Of a stretch of 55,594 nt of DNA, positions 47,334 to 55,594 are shown piece after piece. The stretch covers positions 1 to 55,594 of the forward strand of contig CAYIEF010000004.1 in assembly GCA_964362365.1 (NCBI GenBank), in the 5' to 3' direction. The notes under the pieces are model-generated. The model was not told the DNA's origin. It did not search any database and worked only from the letters and a program-made list of their open reading frames with translations. The translations under genes and the position numbers were made by a program. The DNA comes from an uncultured Methanosarcinales archaeon (GTDB lineage Archaea > Nanobdellota > Nanobdellia > Woesearchaeales > GW2011-AR9). Each line of letters begins with the position of its first letter. The first letter of the stretch is position 1.

Positions 47334-47680
47334 TGCCAGAGGTTAGGCGAGGAGAAATCTGGCTAGTCAATTTTGATCCTACTATAGGGCATGAAATACA
47401 AAAACAAAGACCTGCAATAATAGTTCAAAATGATCTCGGAAACAAATATAGTCCAATTACTATAGTAGCTCCAATCACTTCTCAGGGAACTGATAAAATT
47501 TACCCTATAGAAATTTTGCTTACAGACGAAAATTCTGGATTAATAAAAAAATCTAAAGCTCTTTTTAATCAAATACGGGCAGTTGATAAGAGAAGATTAA
47601 TTAAGAAAATCGGAAAAATTACTGAAGAAACCACCGATAATATGAATGAAGCCATAAAAATAAGTTTAGGGTTATGGTGA
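47330..47680 (+). CDS. mazF: MazF/PemK toxin
   Basis: RRGEIWLVNFDPTIGHEIQKQRPAIIVQND...IVAPITS...QIRAVDKRRL. Confidence 0.95.
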   Translation: MMPEVRRGEIWLVNFDPTIGHEIQKQRPAIIVQNDLGNKYSPITIVAPITSQGTDKIYPIEILLTDENSGLIKKSKALFNQIRAVDKRRLIKKIGKITEETTDNMNEAIKISLGLW

Positions 47681-47681
47681 G

Positions 47682-48152
47682 ATAATTCAAACCTTAACCA
47701 TCCTCAACACCCGGGACATTAAGAAAATCCGCCAGCTCTTCGAAGAAACCTATGGCGCGTTCTTCACCGGCGATTATGCCTACTTACAGAGCAAAGACGG
47801 CAGGCTATCCCTCATCAACAAAGATGTTGGTAAAATAGATCTGCAGAAACTGCGGGTGGATAAATTTGGGTTGTATGTTGCGGAAATCAAAGGCAATTCT
47901 GTGCGTTTGAGCAAGGAAGGTGCGCAGTTATTGGCAAAAGAGGCAAGAGACAAATTGAAAAATATTGTAGAATTAGACAGCAGGGAAATCAAAGCGTATT
48001 TTCACGGAGTAGATTTGAGGAAAGATTTAGGTTCAGAAGCAAAATTCGTCTTAATAGAATATCAAGGGGATATTGTCGGCTGCTCCAAATATAAAGATGG
48101 GGCTATTCTGAATTACTTGCCTAAGATACACAGGGGAGAAGTTATTGTTTAA
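47682..48152 (+). CDS. NIP7/PUA-like ribosome-biogenesis or RNA-modification accessory protein; no in-frame ATG in the N-terminal part
   Basis: Frame is open from 47670 (IIQTLTILNTRDIKKIR...) through RVDKFGLY...RLSKEGAQL...NYLPK; ORF track starts only at GTG 47856. Confidence 0.6.
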   Translation: MIQTLTILNTRDIKKIRQLFEETYGAFFTGDYAYLQSKDGRLSLINKDVGKIDLQKLRVDKFGLYVAEIKGNSVRLSKEGAQLLAKEARDKLKNIVELDSREIKAYFHGVDLRKDLGSEAKFVLIEYQGDIVGCSKYKDGAILNYLPKIHRGEVIV

Positions 48153-48221
48153 CCAAAATACATAAATTTTATAAAATCTCTTTGAAAACTAACGTAGACG
48201 TAGAATTTGGAGGTTAAAAAA

Positions 48222-48512
48222 ATGAAACGAACAACTATGGCATTTCTCGGCTTAACTACATTATTAAGTGGTTGCGATGAAAATAAAGAGATGAATCTTG
48301 GAGGGTGCGATGTAGGAGGGCTCCAAGTTCAGGCAACATATCACCAAACACAAGGTATTGACCGCATTAGTTTAGAAATTTACAAAGACGGCAAAATTGT
48401 TGGTTCTATAAATCATGTTTATTATGGAGACTGGGTTCAATGCGATGATAACAAGAGGTTAAATGTGAAGAGCGATGTAATGTACTTTACTCCGAATCCA
48501 GAAAAGAAATAG
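48222..48512 (+). CDS. small putative lipoprotein
   Basis: GGAGG SD; MKRTTMAFLGLTTLLSGC lipobox. Confidence 0.7.
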   Translation: MKRTTMAFLGLTTLLSGCDENKEMNLGGCDVGGLQVQATYHQTQGIDRISLEIYKDGKIVGSINHVYYGDWVQCDDNKRLNVKSDVMYFTPNPEKK

Positions 48513-48526
48513 AACGTTTTTTTATT

Positions 48527-48630
48527 CTAATTTTCTATGTATCGCTTGAAAAAATTTTCAACCTTAATACTTTTTTGTTTCGCGATTTCATGCATTTTTC
48601 TTACAAATTCAGGCTTAAGTTTTCTTTCAC
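48527..48630 (-). pseudogene. startless fragment resembling a DUF2683-like antitoxin C-terminus
   Basis: ERKLKPEFVRKMHEIAKQKSIKVENFFKRY*; no upstream start in frame. Confidence 0.35.
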
Positions 48631-48641
48631 AACAAAAATCT

Positions 48642-48872
48642 TTACCCAAGAACATCTTCAATCGCTTTCTTGCCTTTCAGCTTCTTGGGCTCGTCTTTAG
48701 CCTGCGCCGCTAAATCCACGCCTAAATCCTTCAATTCCTTGATGTGCATCTGCATCAATTGCTCTACTATCTGTAAAATTCTCATCAATTCTTCCCGTTC
48801 CTTGCTTAAAGTAGCTAAGGAACCCTTGTGGAAGCCAATTTTTTCATCTTTGGACATGTCAGTGGTTGCCAT
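48642..48872 (-). CDS. small conserved helical hypothetical protein
   Basis: MSKDEKIGFHKGSLATLSKEREEL; ORF-track extension overlaps pfkB and is rejected. Confidence 0.65.
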   Translation of the reverse strand: MATTDMSKDEKIGFHKGSLATLSKEREELMRILQIVEQLMQMHIKELKDLGVDLAAQAKDEPKKLKGKKAIEDVLG

Positions 48873-48957
48873 GGAACAAAAATTTGCAGTTTTCTTTATA
48901 AATTTTACGAGAAGAATGTTTTTAAAGAGCGAAATATTCCCATTTCCAGGTGAATAG

Positions 48958-49923
48958 ATGTCAAAATACGATGTTCTCTGTGTCGGTTCAGCAACGGTAG
49001 ATACCTTTCTCACTATTGAGCAGCCATTTTCTTCCATCAACATTGGCGATAAGGTGCTTGCTACCCGCATCGAAAAGCATTCCGGCGGAGGAGCAACAAA
49101 TTCTGTAGCGGCTTTGTCAAAATTAGGATTTACTGTAAAAATGCTCACCAAATTAGGGAATGATCACGATGCTGGGTTCATTCTGCAGGATTTAAGAAGA
49201 TATCATGTCGATAACCTCTGTCATAGCCGAAGCGCAAAAAAAACTGATTCAGCTACCATTATCTCTTCAAAGAAAGAACATGACCGGGTCATTTTTGTCT
49301 ATAAGGGCGCGTCCATGGATTTAATGTTATCCGACCTGAAAGAATCACAGGTTACAGCAAAATGGATGTATCTTGCTTCTTTGACTGGAAAATCCTTCCA
49401 AGCAGCTTTACATCTGGCAAAAATTGCCCGGAAAAAAAACATTAATCTGCTGTTCAATCCATCACTGTATCTGGCTAAAAAGGGAAAAAAAATCCTTGCG
49501 CCAATTTTAGAAAACGCTGCCATTTTAGTTCTCAACCTTGAAGAAGCGCAAGCTTTAGCCAGAACTTCATCTAAAAATATTCCTTTCCTGCTTCAATCAT
49601 TGCAAAAATTAGGTCCAAAAGTTGTGGTCATTACCTACGGAAAGAAAGGACTTTCTGCGCTGCATAAGAATACAATGTACGTCTTGCCAAAAACTCCTTC
49701 GGTTACCATTGCTGACACGACGGGAGCTGGAGATGCTTTTACGTCAGGATTCCTTGCCGGGGTCATGAAAAGATATACTTTTGAAGATGCCCTGCGACTG
49801 GGGCAAGCAAACGCTACCTCTGTTATTCAATACATTGGAGCAAAGGATAAGCTGCTTACAGAAAAAGAAGCAAAGCTGCTGATGAAAAAATATAAAATTC
49901 CGATAACTGCAAAAAGGGTGTAA
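48958..49923 (+). CDS. PfkB-family carbohydrate kinase
   Basis: GSATVD, GGGATN, LGND, FNP, DTTGAGDAFTSGF. Confidence 0.92.
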   Translation: MSKYDVLCVGSATVDTFLTIEQPFSSINIGDKVLATRIEKHSGGGATNSVAALSKLGFTVKMLTKLGNDHDAGFILQDLRRYHVDNLCHSRSAKKTDSATIISSKKEHDRVIFVYKGASMDLMLSDLKESQVTAKWMYLASLTGKSFQAALHLAKIARKKNINLLFNPSLYLAKKGKKILAPILENAAILVLNLEEAQALARTSSKNIPFLLQSLQKLGPKVVVITYGKKGLSALHKNTMYVLPKTPSVTIADTTGAGDAFTSGFLAGVMKRYTFEDALRLGQANATSVIQYIGAKDKLLTEKEAKLLMKKYKIPITAKRV

Positions 49924-49925
49924 CC

Positions 49926-50840
49926 ATGTTTGCTGATACGAAGAAATTATTGATGAAAGCGCAAAAAGGAAAGTACGCGGTTGCTCATTTTAATATTAAT
50001 AATATGGAGATAGTACAAGGCGTAGTAGCTGCAGCGAATAAACTCAAAGCACCTATCATTCTCGCCACTTCCGAGGGAGCGTTGAAGTATGCCGGTATGG
50101 ATTACTTGTATGCAATTGCCAAAACTGCCGCAGGAAAATCCAATGTTCCAATTGCTTTGCATCTTGATCACGGAAAAGATATGGACGTAATCAAACAAGC
50201 CATCCAAAAAGGATATTCTTCAGTTATGATTGATGCTTCCCATGAAGATTTTGAAAAGAATATTCGACTGACCAAGCAAGTAGTAGCCCTTGCCAATAAA
50301 AAAGGAATTGCCGTAGAAGCGGAGCTAGGCACGATTGGTGGCGCGGAAGACTTGGTATCTTCCAGAAATATCATTTATACCGATCCAGCTAAAGCGAAAG
50401 AATTTGTGGAACGCACTGGCTGCGATATTCTTGCAGTTGCTATCGGCACATCTCATGGTGCTTACAAGTTTAATGGAAAAGCATCGTTGCGGCAGGACAT
50501 ACTCCAAAAGCTCCGACAACAGGTAAAGGTACCTTTGGTATTGCATGGCGCTTCCGGGGTTCCTCTTTCACTAGTAAAAATGGCGGAAAAGTATGGCGCT
50601 GATTTGTCTGGTGTAAAAGGAGTGCCGGATGCACAGATCAAGGCTGCGATCAAGAATGGAATTACTAAAATCAATACTGACACAGACATTCGCATTGCCT
50701 TTGATGCAGCCGTTAGAAAAGCTCTTCATGCCCAGCCGAAAGATTTTGACCCAAGGCATATTTTGGCGCCGGCAAGGGATTTAATCCAAGAGGTAGCAGA
50801 ACAGAGGATAAAATCATTCGGTTCTGCGGGAAAATGGTAG
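49926..50840 (+). CDS. fba: class II fructose-1,6-bisphosphate aldolase
   Basis: HFNINN, ALHLDHG, SVMIDAS, VEAELG, AIGTSHG, LVLHGASG, KINTDT. Confidence 0.96.
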   Translation: MFADTKKLLMKAQKGKYAVAHFNINNMEIVQGVVAAANKLKAPIILATSEGALKYAGMDYLYAIAKTAAGKSNVPIALHLDHGKDMDVIKQAIQKGYSSVMIDASHEDFEKNIRLTKQVVALANKKGIAVEAELGTIGGAEDLVSSRNIIYTDPAKAKEFVERTGCDILAVAIGTSHGAYKFNGKASLRQDILQKLRQQVKVPLVLHGASGVPLSLVKMAEKYGADLSGVKGVPDAQIKAAIKNGITKINTDTDIRIAFDAAVRKALHAQPKDFDPRHILAPARDLIQEVAEQRIKSFGSAGKW

Positions 50841-51373
50841 ACGCAGTCCCTACGCCGGAATATGGAGACAAAGAATACAAAAATAGTTTTGGAAAACATC
50901 TTAAGCAGCTCGAAGATGAGGCCAGAAGATATCATTACCAAAGCCATGGCTTGATGATCTGGAATATCAGCGGATATGGCGCAGCAAGTTATCCTTCGTG
51001 TTCTTTATGGGATAAAATATGGGGATTAAATAAAGAATTTAAAGGTAATAATGAAAATGCAATGCATTATTTAACCAGGATTAGCAAGAGCGGCCTGCCC
51101 AGCCGGGAAGAAGACCATTTGTATGTATCCTATAAAAAAATTGGTTTGGATTTTAAAATAGTCGACATGGTTACAGAAACGGCAGAAAGAGAAAAAGACT
51201 TCCAATTCACTATCCTTTCTTTAGCCTGTATTGGTTGGCAGGAAGCATCTTCAGTTCCTGAAGGACAAATCTATTCCCGCCCCGACATCCTCCACTTTCC
51301 TGAGAGCTTAATTAGGTGGGAAGATATACTCAAAGAGAGTTATCAAAAAAAAGGTCAAAGAAAAAAGAGGTAA
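50834..51373 (+). CDS. hypothetical protein within the sugar-phosphate cluster
   Basis: 179-aa ORF overlapping the fba stop. Confidence 0.55.
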   Translation: MVDAVPTPEYGDKEYKNSFGKHLKQLEDEARRYHYQSHGLMIWNISGYGAASYPSCSLWDKIWGLNKEFKGNNENAMHYLTRISKSGLPSREEDHLYVSYKKIGLDFKIVDMVTETAEREKDFQFTILSLACIGWQEASSVPEGQIYSRPDILHFPESLIRWEDILKESYQKKGQRKKR

Positions 51374-51434
51374 AGAAGGACTTGTCCTTCTAACCTTTTT
51401 TTAAATGTAAAAACGTTAAAAAAGAGGTAGAAAC

Positions 51435-51878
51435 ATGAAACCGATCTATATCGGCGCGGATCATGCCGGTTTTCATTTGAAAGAAAAAATCAAGAAGTGG
51501 TTAGAACATAAACATGTTTCTTATGTAGACATAGGGAACAAGAAGCTCGACCCTAAAGATGATTATACTGATTTTGCTGCTGCCTTGGCAAGAAAGGTTG
51601 TTGCCGATAAGAGTTTAGGCATCCTGGTCTGCGGCTCTGCGCAAGGAATGTGCATCGCTGCCAACAAAATCAAGGGCGCAAGAGCAGTTATTCCTTATTC
51701 CTTACGGGAGGCGCGATTATCAAAGGAACATAATAATGCTAATATCCTCTGCTTGTCTGGGTGGTTTACTCATCTGCATAAAGCTAAGAGAATGATCGAG
51801 GTTTTCTTGACTACTCCTTTTTCTCAAGAATATAGACATATCCGGCGTCTAGGAAAAATCAAGAGATTAGAACGATAA
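51435..51878 (+). CDS. rpiB: ribose-5-phosphate isomerase B
   Basis: GADHAGF, DDY, GILVCGSAQGMCIAANK, EHNNANILCL. Confidence 0.95.
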   Translation: MKPIYIGADHAGFHLKEKIKKWLEHKHVSYVDIGNKKLDPKDDYTDFAAALARKVVADKSLGILVCGSAQGMCIAANKIKGARAVIPYSLREARLSKEHNNANILCLSGWFTHLHKAKRMIEVFLTTPFSQEYRHIRRLGKIKRLER

Positions 51879-51897
51879 GAATGAATAAACAAGGACA

Positions 51898-52524
51898 ATG
51901 AGACAGAATGTCTTTCCTTCCATCATGGCTAAAAGCCAGCGGGAATTAGATGATATGCTGAAGAATCTTGTTGGAGTTGCCAAATACTTACACCTAGATG
52001 TCGCCGATGGAAAATTTGTTCCCAATACTTCGTTATGGTTTCCGTTTCGGTTAAATTCTAAATTTAAGTATGTTGCGCATTTAATGGTGAAAGAGCCGGA
52101 AAAGTGGATTACAAAGTATGGAAAGAGAATGGAATTTTGCATTGTGCAGGCAGAAACTGTTGATATTTTAAATTACATTACCAAAACAAAACAACAAAAA
52201 AAGAAAGTTGCTTTTGCCTTGAATCCGGAAACCAAGGTTTCTTCTTTAAAGAAATATTTAAAAGATATTGATTATGTTTTGATTTTAACTGTTCATCCAG
52301 GTTTTTATGGCGGAAAATATTTGAAATATCCGTTAAAGAAAATAAAAGAAATTAAGAACATAAATCCGAAAGTGAAAGTGATTGTTGACGGCGGGATGAA
52401 TCCTACCACGGTCAAAGACGCAGTTAGGGCTGGGGCAGATTATATTGTGGTTGGCTCGTATTTGGCGAAAGCTGATGATGTTAAGAAAAGGATGAAGGTG
52501 TTAGAGAAAAAGTTTGGGAAGTAA
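51898..52524 (+). CDS. rpe: ribulose-phosphate 3-epimerase
   Basis: PSIM, HLDVADGKFVPN, HLMV, LTVHPGFYG, VDGG, IVVGS. Confidence 0.95.
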   Translation: MRQNVFPSIMAKSQRELDDMLKNLVGVAKYLHLDVADGKFVPNTSLWFPFRLNSKFKYVAHLMVKEPEKWITKYGKRMEFCIVQAETVDILNYITKTKQQKKKVAFALNPETKVSSLKKYLKDIDYVLILTVHPGFYGGKYLKYPLKKIKEIKNINPKVKVIVDGGMNPTTVKDAVRAGADYIVVGSYLAKADDVKKRMKVLEKKFGK

Positions 52525-52703
52525 ATTGAATATAATAAATGTTATGTCCCCCCAGACTTTACGTCTGGGTGCGAACGTAGTGAGCAAGTTCGGTGTAGGG
52601 CACGTCCATAGTTTTACCTGATCAATTTAGGGCAAAAACACTTTTAGTTTTACAGTTAGTTAAAGGCTCTCTCTTTTTAGTTAAAGAAGAGAGGGGCAAT
52701 CTC
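52525..52703. repeat. site A of a cassette-boundary repeat family
   Basis: ATTGAATATAA-TAAATG-TTATGTCCCCC followed by a block shared with 53923-54108. Confidence 0.85.
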
Positions 52704-52717
52704 AAAAAGAAAAAGAA

Positions 52718-53056
52718 TTATGCTGGTATTTCTATCTTCTTGGTAAGAGAATGTTTTTTCAATTCCTCAATTATCAGCACGTCATATATTTCAATGAGTT
52801 TTTTTATTTTAGCGTTCTCTATGTTTAATTTGAAAAGTTTTGCTTTTCCCACGTCTCTCGTGTGAAGTATAATCTCGTTTTTGATTAAGTCGTCCCATAA
52901 TCTGTAAAGGGTTGCTCTACCAATTCCGGCATTTTCTGCCATGTCTGTTATGGAAAAATCTAGCTCTCGCTCTGTGATTAAATAGTCCATGACTTTCATC
53001 ATAGGAGAGTCCCCCATGAATTCCACAAATAATGATTTTTCTGCCATTACAATCAT
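52718..53056 (-). CDS. winged-HTH protein
   Basis: DSPMMKVMDYLI...FSITDMAENAGIGRATLY...KLFKLN. Confidence 0.8.
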   Translation of the reverse strand: MIVMAEKSLFVEFMGDSPMMKVMDYLITERELDFSITDMAENAGIGRATLYRLWDDLIKNEIILHTRDVGKAKLFKLNIENAKIKKLIEIYDVLIIEELKKHSLTKKIEIPA

Positions 53057-53161
53057 CTATTGGCTAGATATACTAACTACTATTTAAATATTCTTATTTT
53101 GAGACAACATTGTATCTTTGTTGAAAGGAACATTTATATTACTTTGGAAATTTGTTTTAGT

Positions 53162-53431
53162 ATGGGGCATTCAGTATTAGAGATAAAAGCGAGAATTATC
53201 AGAAAATTGGTGCAATGGAGAAAATGGGGTGGTTCTCATACAGAAAAGATTTTGGGTGGAATTCCAGGACACCTCCGAGGAGCCAAGATCACGAAGCAAG
53301 CATTAAAGGAATTAGTACAAGACGAGTGGTTACTTCCAGCGATCAAAACTGGAGAAACTCATTATTCACTTAATCCAAAAAAGACGGATGAAATTTTGCA
53401 GTTTTATGAGAAGTATTGTAAGAGGGATTAA
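53162..53431 (+). CDS. small basic hypothetical protein (wHTH-like), divergent partner
   Basis: KWGGSHT...KELV...L...KTGETHYSLNP. Confidence 0.65.
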   Translation: MGHSVLEIKARIIRKLVQWRKWGGSHTEKILGGIPGHLRGAKITKQALKELVQDEWLLPAIKTGETHYSLNPKKTDEILQFYEKYCKRD

Positions 53432-53501
53432 TTAAAAGTTACAATAAATTACTTTTCAGGAGTGAGAAAACTTTATATAGGAAAATTAACCTACTTATGA
53501 C

Positions 53502-53789
53502 ATGGATTGGAAAGAAATACTAAGGATATCTGCTGTAAGCGGATTAGTTTCATTTCTTCTCTGGGTATTATTAGGTATGTTTAATATGGTCGGAACTGGA
53601 GGAGACAACTTGTTTTTACCATTTCTATTTGCATTTGTAGCAGCGGGACTGGCATTAAATAGAAAATTAAAGAATGAATACTGGAAATTTCTTTTAGGAA
53701 TGTCCCTAGCTTCAGTGGTAGTATTGGTTTTATTGCTTGTCTTTTTTGGGTTGTATTTAGATTTCCTGTTTGAGCTTTTACCATTCTAA
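53502..53789 (+). CDS. small three-TM membrane protein
   Basis: 95-aa hydrophobic ORF. Confidence 0.6.
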   Translation: MDWKEILRISAVSGLVSFLLWVLLGMFNMVGTGGDNLFLPFLFAFVAAGLALNRKLKNEYWKFLLGMSLASVVVLVLLLVFFGLYLDFLFELLPF

Positions 53790-53807
53790 TTAAAGAAGAG
53801 AGTTGAT

Positions 53808-54108
53808 AGATTGCTCCTATTAGATTTTAGTTTTTCATTAAAGAGAGAGCCTACATTTAGTTTTACATAATTAGTTTTTGCCCTACATAAATTATTAGCA
53901 TCTTTAAAGTGCCAGAAACAGAATTGAATATAACACCGTTATGTCCCCCGGACTTTACGTCTGGGTGCGAACGTAGTGAGCAAGTTCGGTGTAGGGCACG
54001 TTCATAGTTTTACCATGTTCAGTTAAGGGCAAAAACACTTCTCAGTTTACGTTTTCGTTGGGGGGCTCTCTTGTTCTTTTGGTTTAAGAAGTAGTCGGGG
54101 GCAATCTC
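53808..54108. repeat. site B: about 300-bp imperfect palindrome centred on an arm-spacer-arm core
   Basis: ATTGAATATAA-CACCG-TTATGTCCCCC at 53923-53949; left flank matches 55408-55536, right flank matches 52541-52703. Confidence 0.85.
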
Positions 54109-54442
54109 AGTACTTAAATCGTTTTTCATACTCTTTATGATCAAACCATTCGAGGATAATATTCGCTATTCTCACTTCATCGCTTTCTATGATGTAAATT
54201 AATCTCCAGGCATTTGGAAGGTCATATTTCCAGAGGTTGGTTATGCCGTATTTCTGAACATATTCTTTTGGCCAAAGATTTTTTGGAATTTTGATTCCGC
54301 AGGTTGGATTTGCTTTGAGGTCGTCAATAGCCCTGTCAATAAATTTGTAGAGTTGTTTATCTTCAAATTTACCTTCTTTAAGGGCTTCCCACTCTTGTTT
54401 GAGTTTTGGCGTAATGAAAGCTACGTTGATTTGTTTGTTCAT
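54107..54442 (-). CDS. RelE/ParE-superfamily-like toxin
   Basis: IDRAIDDLKANPTCG...LWKYDLPNAWRLIY...ILEWFDHKEYEKRFKY. Confidence 0.7.
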   Translation of the reverse strand: MNKQINVAFITPKLKQEWEALKEGKFEDKQLYKFIDRAIDDLKANPTCGIKIPKNLWPKEYVQKYGITNLWKYDLPNAWRLIYIIESDEVRIANIILEWFDHKEYEKRFKY

Positions 54443-54705
54443 CGTACAATTAAGTCCTCTTTGATAAGTCTTTTTATTCTTTCCAGGTTAAAAGTCCAAA
54501 TAACGCATCCCTCTTGGTCTATAATTATTTTCCCGGATTGTTCAAGATAATCTAAAATAACTTGGAAAGTTTGGTACATCATCTTTTTCGGAAGTTTTTT
54601 CCATAATTGGTATTTGCCACATTCTTGGCTATGTTTTTGGATAGTTTCCTCTACCATAAAGACAGATTCTAATGTTGGGCTGTGTAAGACGGTTGCTTCT
54701 TGCAT
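54439..54705 (-). CDS. wHTH antitoxin-like protein
   Basis: HSPTLESVFMVEETI...QLWKKLPKKMMYQTFQVILDYL; 4-bp overlap with toxin. Confidence 0.65.
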   Translation of the reverse strand: MQEATVLHSPTLESVFMVEETIQKHSQECGKYQLWKKLPKKMMYQTFQVILDYLEQSGKIIIDQEGCVIWTFNLERIKRLIKEDLIVR

Positions 54706-54815
54706 ATTATATAAATATATATAAGAAGTTTATTTAAAGCTTTCGGCGATTTTTGAAAAATTTTTGGCAAATGTTTTTATATCGGTTTATGCTTTTGAAT
54801 AAAATGGTGAATAAA

Positions 54816-55388
54816 ATGGTAGAGGTATTAGTATATAAAACTGCTGAAGAAGCAAAGCAGGAATTAAAAAAACATGGTGAATATAATATTAAACGGAATG
54901 AAGAATTTAACGATGAATGGCATAAACATGACCGGAAAATTATTAGTGTGGCTAAACTAAATGAATTGGATGAAATAAAAAAACAAAGAAATCAGAAACG
55001 GTATTTTGTCGCAGAATTAACAGCTTTCCCTGATGAATATCTCTTTAATGCCTCATCCTTTCCTTTTGTGGGAGAAAATGGCTTCCACAAAGACATCTCT
55101 TCCTTGGTTCAAGGAGTAAAAGATACAATAAAAGGAAGAAATAATAATTATCCCAACATAGAGGTAATATTATACACTGTTCAAAACCATAAGGAAAATA
55201 ATCAAAAAAATAAAGAGGAAAGAGAAGCAATGGAAAAAATCTGTGTTAAACCAGAAGATATGACTGAGGATGTATTTAGTCGAATGAGAAAAGAATTATT
55301 TTTAGGGTATGGGTTAATGCACGGTGAAGCAAGATGCCTGAACCAACAGGAAAGAGAAGAATTTGTTAGATTATATCAGGAAAAATAG
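54816..55388 (+). CDS. hypothetical cargo protein
   Basis: MVEVLVYK...; GGTGA SD within a 12-bp tandem duplication upstream. Confidence 0.6.
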   Translation: MVEVLVYKTAEEAKQELKKHGEYNIKRNEEFNDEWHKHDRKIISVAKLNELDEIKKQRNQKRYFVAELTAFPDEYLFNASSFPFVGENGFHKDISSLVQGVKDTIKGRNNNYPNIEVILYTVQNHKENNQKNKEEREAMEKICVKPEDMTEDVFSRMRKELFLGYGLMHGEARCLNQQEREEFVRLYQEK

Positions 55389-55407
55389 TCTGTTCTGTGT
55401 TTCTGTA

Positions 55408-55552
55408 GAGATTGCCACCATTAAGTTTTATTTTTACATTAACGAGAGAGCCTACATTTAGTTTTACATAATTAGTTTTTGCCCTACATAAATTATCGTT
55501 AGTGATTCAGAGTGCCCGGAACCGAATTGGACATAACGATGTTAAGCTTGTT
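55408..55552. repeat. site C of the cassette-boundary repeat family
   Basis: ATTGGACATAA-CGATG-TTAAGCTTG; 53 bp identical to 53843-53895 at 55444-55496. Confidence 0.85.
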
Positions 55553-55594
55553 TTTGTGGATTTATGTCGAAGACAATAAAGGGAACAAAAACCG

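Noticed and set aside
48873-49151. N-terminal extension of the 48642..49151 ORF
   Set aside because: Overlaps pfkB on the opposite strand; recognisable protein starts at MATTD/MSKDE
54797-54820. 12-bp tandem duplication GAATAAAATGGT
   Set aside because: Real but most simply a slippage duplication around the SD/start; no further structure
52525-55552. CRISPR array or canonical attC sites
   Set aside because: Repeats are about 150-300 bp and separated by kb-scale genes, not 30-40-nt spacers; the palindrome is centred on the GTT core rather than closed by it, unlike attC
1-55594. Reverse transcriptase, integrase, transposase, cas or rRNA genes
   Set aside because: No YxDD RT, R-H-R-Y recombinase, HUH/DDE transposase, cas or rRNA motifs were recognised in any ORF or intergenic region

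Overview
This window comes from a small-genome DPANN archaeon, most likely Woesearchaeota (inference from gene content). It mixes archaeal informational genes (aIF5B, aEF-1beta plus its Zn-ribbon partner, ABCE1/RLI, Trm1, RtcA, archaeal-type GluRS, C-terminus of TrpRS, intron-containing tRNA-Thr and tRNA-Trp) with bacterial-type metabolic genes (lgt, purA, pyrF, phnX, pfkB-fba-rpiB-rpe, msrB). It also has a cell-surface protein cluster and several toxin-antitoxin modules. No CRISPR array, rRNA, transposase, integrase or reverse transcriptase was recognised. Main non-routine signals: (1) a family of arm-spacer-arm sites with long inverted accessory blocks that delimit tandem cargo cassettes at 52.5-55.6 kb; (2) a 713-bp cassette with the same end design that splits a relE toxin gene; (3) a probable diversity-generating-retroelement (DGR) target with a variable-region signature and GCA-triloop hairpin but no RT in the window; (4) a tRNA-Trp with three BHB introns; (5) a DUF3800-like gene with a structured 3' RNA; (6) a synonymously recoded duplicate of a gene's first 17 codons. 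All product calls come from manual motif recognition, not database searches.
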